Virus record (IMG/VR): IMGVR_UViG_3300032270_000729
Location: 1 to 35,050 of that record
Strand: one strand, 5' to 3'
DNA from: a virus
Lineage: Duplodnaviria; Caudoviricetes
DNA length: 35,050 nucleotides
The notes beneath the pieces are model-generated. The model ran no database searches. It was not told where the DNA came from and was given only the letters and a program-made list of their open reading frames with translations. This document shows, piece after piece, positions 1-6,881 of this stretch (position 1 is its first letter; every line of letters begins with the position of its first letter). The position numbers and the translations under genes are program-made.

Positions 1-2
1 GT

Positions 3-341
3 GAAATCCTTGATTGTGCTATTGATGCGCATCAAGAACATCGACATGAAAAAGTAGAGCATCTTCTTTATGCTGTAGATGAGTTTCTTCAGTATTATCT
101 TGCAGAGTTTGATGATAAATTTAAGAAAGCATGGGCAGCAACTGTACGTGACTTGCGTGATGGTGATGTATTGAAAGAACAAAAACAATCAAAAAAATGG
201 ACACTCCCTGTTGAATTTGATGGTCAAGAACATTTTATTGATTTTCCTGCTGATTTATTAGAAGCGGCAAACCTCAAAGAAGGTGATGAAGTTAAATGGA
301 TAGATCAAGGTGATGGTTCTTATCTTCTTAAAAAAGTATGA
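3..341 (+). CDS. 5'-truncated protein with C-terminal AbrB/MazE/SpoVT-like DNA-binding domain
   Basis: The frame of ORF 153..341 is open back to base 3 (EILDCAIDAHQEH...). The C-terminus IDFPADLLEAANLKEGDEVKWIDQGDGSYLLKKV fits the AbrB/MazE swapped-hairpin pattern. Confidence 0.65.
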   Translation, partial: EILDCAIDAHQEHRHEKVEHLLYAVDEFLQYYLAEFDDKFKKAWAATVRDLRDGDVLKEQKQSKKWTLPVEFDGQEHFIDFPADLLEAANLKEGDEVKWIDQGDGSYLLKKV

Positions 342-520
342 CAAAACGCATACAAACATCAGGAACATTTGATGGTGAGTTGTACTCACTCAACATAGCA
401 TTTAATGATCATCATGTTGTCACATTGGATGGACTATCTGAAGAAGATATGTTAGAATTAAAGTCGTGTATTGATTGTATGCTCATGGAGGATGATGATG
501 GCATTGGGACAACAAGTTGA
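338..520 (+). CDS. hypothetical acidic protein
   Basis: ATGA overlap with the upstream stop; 60 aa. Confidence 0.7.
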   Translation: MTKRIQTSGTFDGELYSLNIAFNDHHVVTLDGLSEEDMLELKSCIDCMLMEDDDGIGTTS

Positions 521-728
521 AGAAAGTTTGAGAGAGGCAGAATCTAATTTGCGAAATGCTCTTGCCTATGCAGCAAGAACTGAACGACCTGTTGTTGTTT
601 CTGTTATTGCAGATTTGATTTCAAGAATTGAAAGTATCATTAGCACTGATGAACTGTTAGATAAACTGGACAATCGTAAATCAGGTGATTCTGGATTCTT
701 TGGAACTTTCTTTAATAAAGATGACTGA
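498..728 (+). CDS. hypothetical phage protein (MALGQQVEESLREAESNLRNALAYAAR...)
   Basis: ATG 498 follows GGAG at 487-490; same frame as track ORF 471..728. Confidence 0.75.
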   Translation: MALGQQVEESLREAESNLRNALAYAARTERPVVVSVIADLISRIESIISTDELLDKLDNRKSGDSGFFGTFFNKDD

Positions 729-1092
729 AACTAACAAATTTGGTAAAGCACTACAAGAATGGTGGGATTCTGATGCTTGTAAACAACTTCAGAAAGAAAC
801 TGAAGAAGCAAAGCAACGTGCAGTAGGAAAGTATTTTATGCTTTCTGAATCTGATAAATTGGACATGGTACAAGCAATTTGCTACATCATGTGTAAAGCA
901 GAAAGCGAAGGAACTTCACACAGAGGACTGCAAGATGCTCTAGGAATCTATCCATCAGGATTTTGGGTAGATCATCTTATGGAAGTTCACAATGCTCTGT
1001 GGTCATACTATCAAGATCAAAAAAGAGAAAAAGAATTAAAAGATGATCTAGATGCTTTAGAAAACTTTACAAAATCCCAAGGAAAACCTTAA
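721..1092 (+). CDS. hypothetical phage protein
   Basis: ATG 721 overlaps the upstream stop; same frame as track ORF 685..1092. Confidence 0.75.
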   Translation: MTETNKFGKALQEWWDSDACKQLQKETEEAKQRAVGKYFMLSESDKLDMVQAICYIMCKAESEGTSHRGLQDALGIYPSGFWVDHLMEVHNALWSYYQDQKREKELKDDLDALENFTKSQGKP

Positions 1093-1117
1093 GAAACCAA
1101 GCAAACCTACATAGTTA

Positions 1118-1126
1118 TGTTATGAT
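1118..1126 (+). promoter_or_regulatory. possible extended -10 promoter TGTTATGAT
   Basis: TGn-TATGAT in an intergenic gap about 25 nt before ATG 1151; no clear -35. Confidence 0.4.
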
Positions 1127-1150
1127 ACGCTCATAATTCAGGACAAAATT

Positions 1151-1330
1151 ATGACACTTTCAAGAGCCACAAATCAAGATCTAACAAATGATGAATGGAA
1201 TGAATTAGTTGCACTCAAGGATGCAATTAACTATAATCCAAGTCAGGTAAGTCCAGATAAAATGGAACGATTTACATCATTGCTTGTTCAATCATTGGAA
1301 GGAAAAGGAGACAGTTCACTGAATGCTTAA
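1151..1330 (+). CDS. hypothetical protein, 59 aa (MTLSRATNQDLTNDEWNELVALKDAI...), absent from ORF track
   Basis: Manual translation; AGGA 7 nt upstream of the ATG. Confidence 0.7.
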   Translation: MTLSRATNQDLTNDEWNELVALKDAINYNPSQVSPDKMERFTSLLVQSLEGKGDSSLNA

Positions 1331-1472
1331 AGAGAAAATGCTTGTTGAATACAAAAACATGAAAGGGCAAATTACATTTGTAGATAAATCTTATGCTGTA
1401 TTCAATCCATTTAACAGCAAAGCTTTGCTCGTTGTCTATAAAGAAAACTGGGTTGATGTGACAGTTCTCTAA
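1323..1472 (+). CDS. hypothetical protein, 49 aa (MLKEKMLVEYKNMKGQITFVD...), absent from ORF track
   Basis: Manual translation; overlaps the upstream stop; its TAA lies inside repeat element 1. Confidence 0.6.
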   Translation: MLKEKMLVEYKNMKGQITFVDKSYAVFNPFNSKALLVVYKENWVDVTVL

Positions 1473-1539
1473 GTGGCACAAACCCCTTGACTTTTTCCTC
1501 CAAACCTGCTATTATTACAAGGTAATCAATCAAAAACAA
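1457..1539 (+). repeat. palindrome-promoter element 1
   Basis: TGTGACAGTTCTCTAAGTGGCACA 1457-1480; TTGACT 1487-1492, 17 bp, TGc-TATTAT 1510-1515; ATTAC-aag-GTAAT. Confidence 0.85.
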
Positions 1540-1770
1540 ATGTCTGTCTCTGTTATTCTCAATGTTGAGTCTTCTGCTATCTCTGAAGTTTCTTTTGATT
1601 ATGATGAGAATCAAGTTGGTGTGACTTATCATAGCAATCCTGAAAAATCTTATGTGTTTGCTTGTGACAATCCTCAGAGTGTAGAAGATGACATTCGCAC
1701 TGCTGAAAGTGTTGGTAAACTGATTGCACAACTCAAGAATAATAAAGTCCTGGTTCCTATTCAGATGTAA
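1540..1770 (+). CDS. KTSC-domain protein
   Basis: VESSAISEVSFDYDENQVGVTYHSNPEKSYVF matches the KTSC pattern (SS.I..V.YD....L.V.F..G..Y.Y). Confidence 0.7.
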   Translation: MSVSVILNVESSAISEVSFDYDENQVGVTYHSNPEKSYVFACDNPQSVEDDIRTAESVGKLIAQLKNNKVLVPIQM

Positions 1771-1793
1771 TAAATATGGGGAGCAATCCCCAT
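1769..1793 (+). promoter_or_regulatory. T4-type late promoter-like AATAAATA followed by a GCAA-tetraloop hairpin
   Basis: AATAAATA 1769-1776; ATGGGGA-GCAA-TCCCCAT 1776-1793, directly before tRNA-Ser. Confidence 0.55.
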
Positions 1794-1796
1794 CAA

Positions 1797-1883
1797 GGAA
1801 AGACAAGCAGATAGGTGACTGCAGCGCTCTTGAAAAGCGTCGAGGTGTTAAAGCCCTTAGGAGTTCGATTCTCCTTCTTTCCG
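1797..1883 (+). tRNA. tRNA-Ser(UGA)
   Basis: Acceptor GGAAAGA/TCTTTCC, anticodon arm GCGCT-CTTGAAA-AGCGT, long variable arm, T arm AGGAG-TTCGATT-CTCCT; CCA not encoded. Confidence 0.93.
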
Positions 1884-2008
1884 TTGGTAGTCCTTAGCGA
1901 TTAACTAAGTAGACGCCAACCTTACTGAAAGTGTTGCTGATGCCTGTGGGGAGTTAGTAATTACTTCAGTATTGTATCACCGGTTTGTGTGTTGTCCGAC
2001 AACAACAC
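1883..2008 (+). ncRNA. candidate structured RNA in the tRNA spacer
   Basis: Three consecutive predicted hairpins (1883-1920, 1923-1971, 1987-2008) with G-U pairs; no convincing ORF. Confidence 0.4.
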
Positions 2009-2012
2009 TCTT

Positions 2013-2084
2013 GGGAGATTAACTCAGTGGTAGAGTATCTGATTTACATTCAGAGAGTCCACAGTTCGAATCTGTGATTTCCCA
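2013..2084 (+). tRNA. tRNA-Val(UAC)
   Basis: GGGAGAT/ATTTCCC acceptor, TCTGA-TTTACAT-TCAGA anticodon arm, CACAG-TTCGAAT-CTGTG T arm. Confidence 0.92.
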
Positions 2085-2088
2085 CCTT

Positions 2089-2164
2089 CCGAATGTCGCC
2101 TAACTTGGTCATGGCACCTGCTTTGGGAGCAGGAATAATCTCAGTTCAAATCTGAGCATTCGGA
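2089..2164 (+). tRNA. tRNA-Pro(UGG)
   Basis: CCGAATG/CATTCGG acceptor, CCTGC-TTTGGGA-GCAGG anticodon arm, CTCAG-TTCAAAT-CTGAG T arm. Confidence 0.93.
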
Positions 2165-2166
2165 CT

Positions 2167-2186
2167 TGGAGAAATAAATATCTCCA
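2167..2186 (+). promoter_or_regulatory. late promoter-like AATAAATA forming the loop of a 6-bp inverted repeat
   Basis: TGGAGA-AATAAATA-TCTCCA, upstream of ATG 2204. Confidence 0.5.
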
Positions 2187-2203
2187 TCAATTACATAATT
2201 ATT

Positions 2204-2362
2204 ATGTCACTGATTTCACAAACAGATCGTCAAATGGTGATTGAAGCACTTGAGTATTACATCTACAAACTCAAAGAAGATAATTGCACAGAAGCATCAA
2301 TTTATGCTTACAATACTCTTCTTAAATGGATAGAACTGGAGTATTTCAAGAATGAAAATTAA
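2204..2362 (+). CDS. hypothetical protein, 52 aa (MSLISQTDRQMVIEALEYY...), absent from ORF track
   Basis: Manual translation; fills the gap between tRNAs. Confidence 0.7.
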   Translation: MSLISQTDRQMVIEALEYYIYKLKEDNCTEASIYAYNTLLKWIELEYFKNEN

Positions 2363-2513
2363 CCTCTGGTATTGTGATTCTATGAAGCAATGGCGTTGGA
2401 CTTTAATAGATTCTCATCGTCCTATTGTTAAACAAGAATCAGGGCAAAGAGAAGATTTACGAGATGCTATGAATGATGTGGCAAATACTGTTGAGTATTT
2501 AATACAACAGTAA
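2352..2513 (+). CDS. hypothetical protein, 53 aa (MKINLWYCDSMKQWRWTL...), absent from ORF track
   Basis: Manual translation; overlaps the preceding ORF by 11 nt. Confidence 0.7.
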   Translation: MKINLWYCDSMKQWRWTLIDSHRPIVKQESGQREDLRDAMNDVANTVEYLIQQ

Positions 2514-2519
2514 TTTCAA

Positions 2520-2591
2520 TGGGATATAGCTCAATGGCAGAGCAGGGAGCTGTTAACTCTCTGGTTGCAAGTTCGAGTCTTGCTATCCCAG
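2520..2591 (+). tRNA. tRNA-Asn(GUU)
   Basis: TGGGATA/TATCCCA acceptor, GGGAG-CTGTTAA-CTCTC anticodon arm, GCAAG-TTCGAGT-CTTGC T arm. Confidence 0.93.
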
Positions 2592-2593
2592 TT

Positions 2594-2664
2594 GGGGAAT
2601 TAGTTTAGTGGTAAAATAGATGCTTTGCAAGCATTTGTCACCAGTTCGACTCTGGTATTCTCCA
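2594..2664 (+). tRNA. tRNA-Ala(UGC)
   Basis: GGGGAAT/ATTCTCC acceptor with the G3:U70 Ala identity pair, GATGC-TTTGCAA-GCATT anticodon arm, ACCAG-TTCGACT-CTGGT T arm. Confidence 0.92.
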
Positions 2665-2745
2665 TGTGACACAAATCAAACTGGCACAGTATTCCCCACA
2701 AACAGGGGAATCTGTGCTATGATTACAAAGTAATCAATAAAACAC
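2665..2745 (+). repeat. palindrome-promoter element 2
   Basis: TGTGACACAAATCAAACTGGCACA 2665-2688 abuts the tRNA-Ala 3' end; TGc-TATGAT 2718-2723; TGATTAC-aaa-GTAATCA. Confidence 0.85.
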
Positions 2746-3156
2746 ATGGCAACACGTTCTCGTATTGGATTGGAACTTTCTAATGGTTCTGTTCTTTCTG
2801 TTTATCATCATTGGGATGGTTATCCTGAGTGGTTGGGTCGCATTCTTAACACGCACTACAACACCAAAGATAAAGTTTCTGAACTGATTGATGGTGGTGA
2901 CATGAGTTGCTGTTGGACTGAAGATCGTTGGGATAGTGAAACTAAAGTTCAAGAGTATGGTCCCCAATACTATTCTCAACGTGGTGATGATTGTCCTCCT
3001 CGTTGTGATGCTGACCTAAATGAGTATTTGAGTGATAGTGAAGAATACTCTTATGTATTCACCAAAAATGGTGAATGGGTATGTTATACTAATGATTATC
3101 GTTTCCCTGATGTGGTGAAACAAGTAGAAATCCCTGCTGGAGCACTTGCAGTATAA
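2746..3156 (+). CDS. conserved phage protein (YxHWDGYP family), function unknown
   Basis: MATRSRIG...SVYHHWDGYPEWLG is a motif I recognise from phage hypothetical proteins. Confidence 0.85.
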   Translation: MATRSRIGLELSNGSVLSVYHHWDGYPEWLGRILNTHYNTKDKVSELIDGGDMSCCWTEDRWDSETKVQEYGPQYYSQRGDDCPPRCDADLNEYLSDSEEYSYVFTKNGEWVCYTNDYRFPDVVKQVEIPAGALAV

Positions 3157-3362
3157 TGCCAACTAAAATTAGACGAAAAATGGTAAATGTAGAACCAATT
3201 TCAAGTAAAGCAAAGAATAGATTCGCTAACATCATGGACAAGTTTCATGGATGTCATGTAGAGCAAGAAACTGATACTAAACTGTTTCTTGCATCAATCA
3301 ATAAGAAATACTTTTTCTGGGTTGAGAAAGTAAATGACCCACACTGGAGAATTGTTAAATGA
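3156..3362 (+). CDS. hypothetical basic phage protein
   Basis: TAATG coupling with the upstream gene; 68 aa. Confidence 0.8.
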   Translation: MPTKIRRKMVNVEPISSKAKNRFANIMDKFHGCHVEQETDTKLFLASINKKYFFWVEKVNDPHWRIVK

Positions 3363-3532
3363 CTGAAGATTTTATTAGATTGAGTCTTGATGAAATGGAA
3401 GCATTGAAAAGTGCTCTTCAGTTGTTGTCAAACAAAGAACAGAAATTGGTGGAAAGTTTTAATCAAGTAAGTTTGAATAGATTGTATAATAAACTCCAGA
3501 GCACCATTGAAGGTCTCACAGGGTACAGTTGA
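3359..3532 (+). CDS. hypothetical protein, 57 aa (MTEDFIRLSLDEMEALKSAL...), absent from ORF track
   Basis: ATGA overlap; its TGA lies inside element 3. Confidence 0.7.
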   Translation: MTEDFIRLSLDEMEALKSALQLLSNKEQKLVESFNQVSLNRLYNKLQSTIEGLTGYS

Positions 3533-3589
3533 AGAAGTGGCACAGTGTTTCCCCACTGTGCCTTTTTTTGTGCTATCATACTTGTATGA
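3521..3589 (+). repeat. palindrome-promoter element 3 (includes a terminator-like hairpin)
   Basis: GGGTACAGTTGAAGAAGTGGCACA 3521-3544; GGCACAGTG-tttccc-CACTGTGCC-T7; TGc-TATCAT 3574-3579; ATG 3586. Confidence 0.85.
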
Positions 3590-3870
3590 ATAAAACACAG
3601 ATGAATTTCGCAACTTCCAATCTTTCTAAGATTAAACCTAAATTGCGCACTCAGGGTAATGTCACTGGTAATTTTGGTAGGAATAAAGTTAAAGCAGGTT
3701 CCCCTATTCAAGGTCTTGGTGTAACTAAAGCAAAGGTTATTAAGGTTACAACTCAAAATGATTATCTGAATAGGATGTATTATGTTCTTGATAATGCAAC
3801 TGATAAGCAAGTTCAACAGTTTGCTTACAATGAAATTCGCAAGATTCTGATTCAGCGTGGACAGTGGTGA
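3586..3870 (+). CDS. hypothetical basic protein
   Basis: Start reassigned to the ATG at predicted +1 (alternative ATG 3601); stop inside element 4. Confidence 0.75.
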   Translation: MNKTQMNFATSNLSKIKPKLRTQGNVTGNFGRNKVKAGSPIQGLGVTKAKVIKVTTQNDYLNRMYYVLDNATDKQVQQFAYNEIRKILIQRGQW

Positions 3871-3937
3871 AACTGTCACAATAAATACCACAAATCCACT
3901 TTTATCTGCTATAATTACAGAGTAATTTAACAAACAA
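3857..3937 (+). repeat. palindrome-promoter element 4
   Basis: GTGGACAGTGGTGAAACTGTCACA 3857-3880; TGc-TATAAT 3910-3915; AATTAC-aga-GTAATT; also AATAAATA 3880-3887. Confidence 0.8.
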
Positions 3938-4063
3938 ATGCCTAACACGTTTACATTTACAGGTGATGCTGTTACCTTCCTTGGTTTGGTTGGTGTCATT
4001 AGCACTGCTATTATTGTTGTCACTGTCTTTCGTCGTTATTACAATTCTCCTATCGTCAAATGA
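3938..4063 (+). CDS. small single-pass membrane protein, 41 aa, absent from ORF track
   Basis: MPNTFTFTGDAVTFLGLVGVISTAIIVVTVFRRYYNSPIVK: a hydrophobic helix followed by RR; ATGA-coupled to the next gene. Confidence 0.75.
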   Translation: MPNTFTFTGDAVTFLGLVGVISTAIIVVTVFRRYYNSPIVK

Positions 4064-4278
4064 ACTACAAATCAATTCAAGAATACGAGAAAGACCTCAA
4101 AGATACAAAGAAAAAGTATGATAAACTGACCAAGCAAATTCGTAGGTGTAAGTCAGAGTATCAGTATGAAATTATGTGTGAGGACTTGGAAGATTGTAGG
4201 CAGGACATGATTGAACTGCAAATTCTCATCACAGAACTACGTAATAAGAAGAAACTTGCTGAACTTGAAGTAAACTAA
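4060..4278 (+). CDS. hypothetical coiled-coil protein
   Basis: ORF track; K/E/L-rich heptad-like sequence. Confidence 0.75.
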   Translation: MNYKSIQEYEKDLKDTKKKYDKLTKQIRRCKSEYQYEIMCEDLEDCRQDMIELQILITELRNKKKLAELEVN

Positions 4279-4532
4279 TGAGATTCAGAAACATAGAGTT
4301 TAGGTGGAGTCAATGCAACAACAAGTATGAACTTGTTAAGTGGTATACTCATCAATCTGGTGATAGTTGTTATGTTGTTGCTTTCTTCAATAAAACTACA
4401 GAAGGTTATGACATGGAAACTGTTGGTGATAGATTCTTTGAGGATAAAGATGCCTGGGTTGTTGGTAAGTATGGTCTAAACTTTCTAAATGCAATCTTTG
4501 ACATTGAAAAGCAAGAAGAGGACAGTTTGTGA
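4278..4532 (+). CDS. hypothetical phage protein
   Basis: TAATG coupling; stop inside element 5. Confidence 0.8.
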   Translation: MRFRNIEFRWSQCNNKYELVKWYTHQSGDSCYVVAFFNKTTEGYDMETVGDRFFEDKDAWVVGKYGLNFLNAIFDIEKQEEDSL

Positions 4533-4587
4533 ACTGGCACACAACCACTTGATTTTTGAGTGATTGTGTGCTATCATACATGTATGA
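4518..4587 (+). repeat. palindrome-promoter element 5
   Basis: GAGGACAGTTTGTGAACTGGCACA 4518-4541; TTGATT...TGc-TATCAT 4572-4577; TCATACATGTATGA; ATG 4584. Confidence 0.85.
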
Positions 4588-4766
4588 ACAAAATTGAAAT
4601 GCAACTCAAAGAAATTAACAAAGAACCACTGCAAGAATGGTTTGAGTATAGTTGTATGTTGTGGGCAAATTACTATAGTTTTTTGTTGAATCTCCCTTGG
4701 AACACTGAAGCAGATAAGATGTGGTACAAGGAACAAATCAACATGAATAAGTTGTATGATGTTTAA
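4584..4766 (+). CDS. hypothetical protein
   Basis: Start reassigned to ATG 4584 (predicted +1). Confidence 0.7.
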   Translation: MNKIEMQLKEINKEPLQEWFEYSCMLWANYYSFLLNLPWNTEADKMWYKEQINMNKLYDV

Positions 4767-4899
4767 TTCTATGTGGAAAGGAATCTTTCTCTGTGTGATT
4801 CTACTTGTTGGTGATCCATTCATTACACTTAAAGCACAGACTCAAAACTATGCTGTTGTGACACCTGATGAACTGGCACACTATTGTCCCCAAACCTGA
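4756..4899 (+). CDS. small hydrophobic protein, 47 aa (MMFNSMWKGIFLCVILLVGDPF...), absent from ORF track
   Basis: Manual translation; reads through the palindrome of element 6. Confidence 0.5.
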   Translation: MMFNSMWKGIFLCVILLVGDPFITLKAQTQNYAVVTPDELAHYCPQT

Positions 4900-4939
4900 T
4901 TTTATGTGCTATGATGATTACATCAACAGTTGAGGAACA
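4857..4939 (+). repeat. palindrome-promoter element 6
   Basis: TGTGACACCTGATGAACTGGCACA 4857-4880; TGc-TATGAT 4910-4915; TGATG-atta-CATCA; GAGGA SD. Confidence 0.85.
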
Positions 4940-5077
4940 ATGATTGACACTTGTAGATTGCATGATGATCTAGAAGATTTTGCATCTTATTTGGGTATTG
5001 ATTATGATGATTTCTATCAACTCATCTATAATCTTCCTGATGAAGATGTTGAAGTTGATGTAGAACTCACTGCTTGA
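4940..5077 (+). CDS. small acidic protein, 45 aa (MIDTCRLHDDLEDFASYLGIDYDDF...), absent from ORF track
   Basis: Manual translation; GAGGA upstream. Confidence 0.7.
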   Translation: MIDTCRLHDDLEDFASYLGIDYDDFYQLIYNLPDEDVEVDVELTA

Positions 5078-5136
5078 TTTATGGGAATGTGTTTGCCCTA
5101 AAGTTACACATCATCCACTTACCTTCCTTCCTAATT

Positions 5137-5310
5137 ATGTCTACTGAACTGATGATTGGTGCTCTGCGTCGTGGTCAAACTGGCAATGAAATCCTTGCCA
5201 TTCTTGATACCATCACTGGTGGTGATAGTGCTGGTTTTGATTATGTTGAATCTCCCATGATTGAGCAAGTTCTGGGTGTTCAACCTACTCAAGAACCCAT
5301 TGTGTTCTGA
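5137..5310 (+). CDS. hypothetical protein (MSTELMIGALRRGQTGNEILAILD...)
   Basis: ATG 5137 in the frame of track ORF 5074..5310. Confidence 0.75.
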   Translation: MSTELMIGALRRGQTGNEILAILDTITGGDSAGFDYVESPMIEQVLGVQPTQEPIVF

Positions 5311-5319
5311 TAATAAATA

Positions 5320-5345
5320 GGGGCATTGTGCCCCCTTCTTTTTTT
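5320..5345 (+). terminator. rho-independent terminator
   Basis: GGGGCA-TTG-TGCCCC followed by CTTCTTTTTTT; preceded by TAATAAATA (5311-5319). Confidence 0.7.
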
Positions 5346-5361
5346 ATACATTTTTAGGACA

Positions 5362-5487
5362 ATGACTCCCAACTGGATACACAATTCAGGCAAGAAAAAG
5401 AACCCCAAAGGTGTATCCAAGGGGCGTATTAAAGCACGCAAACAAGTGCTACAACATCTGAAAGAAAAGTATAAAGTAGTAAAATGA
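5362..5487 (+). CDS. small highly basic protein, 41 aa (MTPNWIHNSGKKKNPKGVSKGRIKARK...), absent from ORF track
   Basis: Manual translation; AGGA upstream; ATGA-coupled to the next gene. Confidence 0.7.
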   Translation: MTPNWIHNSGKKKNPKGVSKGRIKARKQVLQHLKEKYKVVK

Positions 5488-5693
5488 TCCATCAACATTC
5501 TCTACAAACAGCAGCAGCATTTGAGCGACTGGATGATGCTCTGCGTGGTAAAACAGAGGATGGATTGAATGAATTGATTGAAGATTTAGAGTATTTGTTA
5601 TACAAAGCAAAAGAGATTGAAAATAATTGTTTATCTTACACTTATGGGTATGATTATGAACCACAATACCCACAATGCAACCTAAATTGTTGA
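5484..5693 (+). CDS. hypothetical protein
   Basis: ORF track; ends 5 nt before element 7. Confidence 0.7.
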   Translation: MIHQHSLQTAAAFERLDDALRGKTEDGLNELIEDLEYLLYKAKEIENNCLSYTYGYDYEPQYPQCNLNC

Positions 5694-5698
5694 TAAAT

Positions 5699-5769
5699 TG
5701 TGCCACTTGATGAACTGGCACAAGACCACTTGATTTTCTCAGTATTCTGTGCTATCATACATTCATGAT
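5699..5769 (+). repeat. palindrome-promoter element 7
   Basis: TGTGCCACTTGATGAACTGGCACA 5699-5722; TTGATT...TGc-TATCAT 5753-5758; ATG 5765. Confidence 0.87.
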
Positions 5770-6181
5770 GAAAAATACAACTCTGACAACTGAACAAGTT
5801 ATTGATAAGATTGAACAGTTCTGTGATGTTCTGCGTACCAACTTTCAATCTTCTTGCATTGAACGTCATAGGCAATACATTGAAAAAGATGAGAATGTAG
5901 ATTGGCACAGAGAACAGATTGATAAACTTTGCATGGGTGAAGGTGTTGATGAATACACTTACACCAAAGGTAAAAAGTATGCAAAGATTATTCATCTTGC
6001 TGGTCCTAGTAAGCAACGCAGTGCACATGCTTTTGTGGATCTGACTAATGGTGATGTGTACAAACCAAAAGATTGGCGTAGTCCTTCACTGAATGGGGTA
6101 AGGTATAATCTTCTTGAAGAATCTTCAAGGGAACAAATGTATAAGAGAGCAGATTGGGCAGGAGGTTATCTCTACAAATGA
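5765..6181 (+). CDS. conserved phage protein of unknown function
   Basis: GKKYAKII...SAHAFVDLTNGDVYKP..W..P...VRYNL...ADWAGGYLY, a pattern I recognise from T4-like phage hypotheticals. Confidence 0.85.
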   Translation: MMKNTTLTTEQVIDKIEQFCDVLRTNFQSSCIERHRQYIEKDENVDWHREQIDKLCMGEGVDEYTYTKGKKYAKIIHLAGPSKQRSAHAFVDLTNGDVYKPKDWRSPSLNGVRYNLLEESSREQMYKRADWAGGYLYK

Positions 6182-6297
6182 AATCAACACTATTCTGTAT
6201 CATCTGCCTGTGTATTGCATTTGTTGTGAGTAACAATGCAGACAGACAGATGCAACAAGATACACCTAAAATTGTCCAACAAAGTTATACCATGTGA
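6178..6297 (+). CDS. small protein with N-terminal hydrophobic segment, 39 aa (MKSTLFCIICLCIAFVVSNN...), absent from ORF track
   Basis: ATGA overlap; its TGA is within the left arm of element 8. Confidence 0.65.
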   Translation: MKSTLFCIICLCIAFVVSNNADRQMQQDTPKIVQQSYTM

Positions 6298-6361
6298 CAG
6301 TTGTAGAACTGGTCGCTATATTTACCAAAACCCCTGAAACTGTGCTACCATACATGTATGG
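6293..6361 (+). repeat. palindrome-promoter element 8 (degenerate right arm)
   Basis: TGTGACAGTTGTAGAACTGGTCGC 6293-6316; TGc-TACCAT 6346-6351; CCATACATGTATGG; ATG 6358. Confidence 0.8.
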
Positions 6362-6645
6362 AAAAACAAATGACTCTTACTTCTGAACAAATTAGTGATC
6401 TGTGTCAGGCACATTGTTATCGTGTGATTGATAACATGGACATGGATGATCTTGTATCTTATGCTGTGCAAATGATGTATCAATCATTTGATAAGAATCC
6501 AGGTCAAAATGATACTGATCTTGCCATGTTGATTGAAGACATTTGGGTTGCAGAAGGTGAAGATGATGATTCAACTCAGCAGTTTATTGCTGGTGTTGTT
6601 GGTGATGAACTTGCAGAGCAAATTGTATCACAAACTCAGTTCTGA
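6358..6645 (+). CDS. acidic hypothetical protein, probable paralog of 11128..11355
   Basis: MTLTSEQISDL...VIDNMDMDDL versus MTLTSTQFDEL...LVDGMDLKTM. Confidence 0.8.
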   Translation: MEKQMTLTSEQISDLCQAHCYRVIDNMDMDDLVSYAVQMMYQSFDKNPGQNDTDLAMLIEDIWVAEGEDDDSTQQFIAGVVGDELAEQIVSQTQF

Positions 6646-6715
6646 TGTGACACTTGATGAACTGGCACACACATGATTGACTTTCTAGTGAATCTATGGT
6701 ATCATACATGTATGA
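6646..6715 (+). repeat. palindrome-promoter element 9
   Basis: TGTGACACTTGATGAACTGGCACA 6646-6669 abuts the upstream stop; TTGACT...TGg-TATCAT 6700-6705; ATG 6712. Confidence 0.87.
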
Positions 6716-6861
6716 AAGATAAGTTTATGCACCAATCCACTCTTGATCTCTTCTGTGACCATGCAGATGCACAAATGGCAGAAGAATACACCATGGAACT
6801 TGAAGCAAAAGCAGCAGAGTTAGAAATCACTGTTGACTATTACATTGCTGAGTTCCTTTGA
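6712..6861 (+). CDS. small acidic phage protein (…EAKAAELEITVDYYIAEFL)
   Basis: Start reassigned to ATG 6712. Confidence 0.75.
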   Translation: MKDKFMHQSTLDLFCDHADAQMAEEYTMELEAKAAELEITVDYYIAEFL

Positions 6862-6881
6862 TTATTAAAAACAACACAAAC

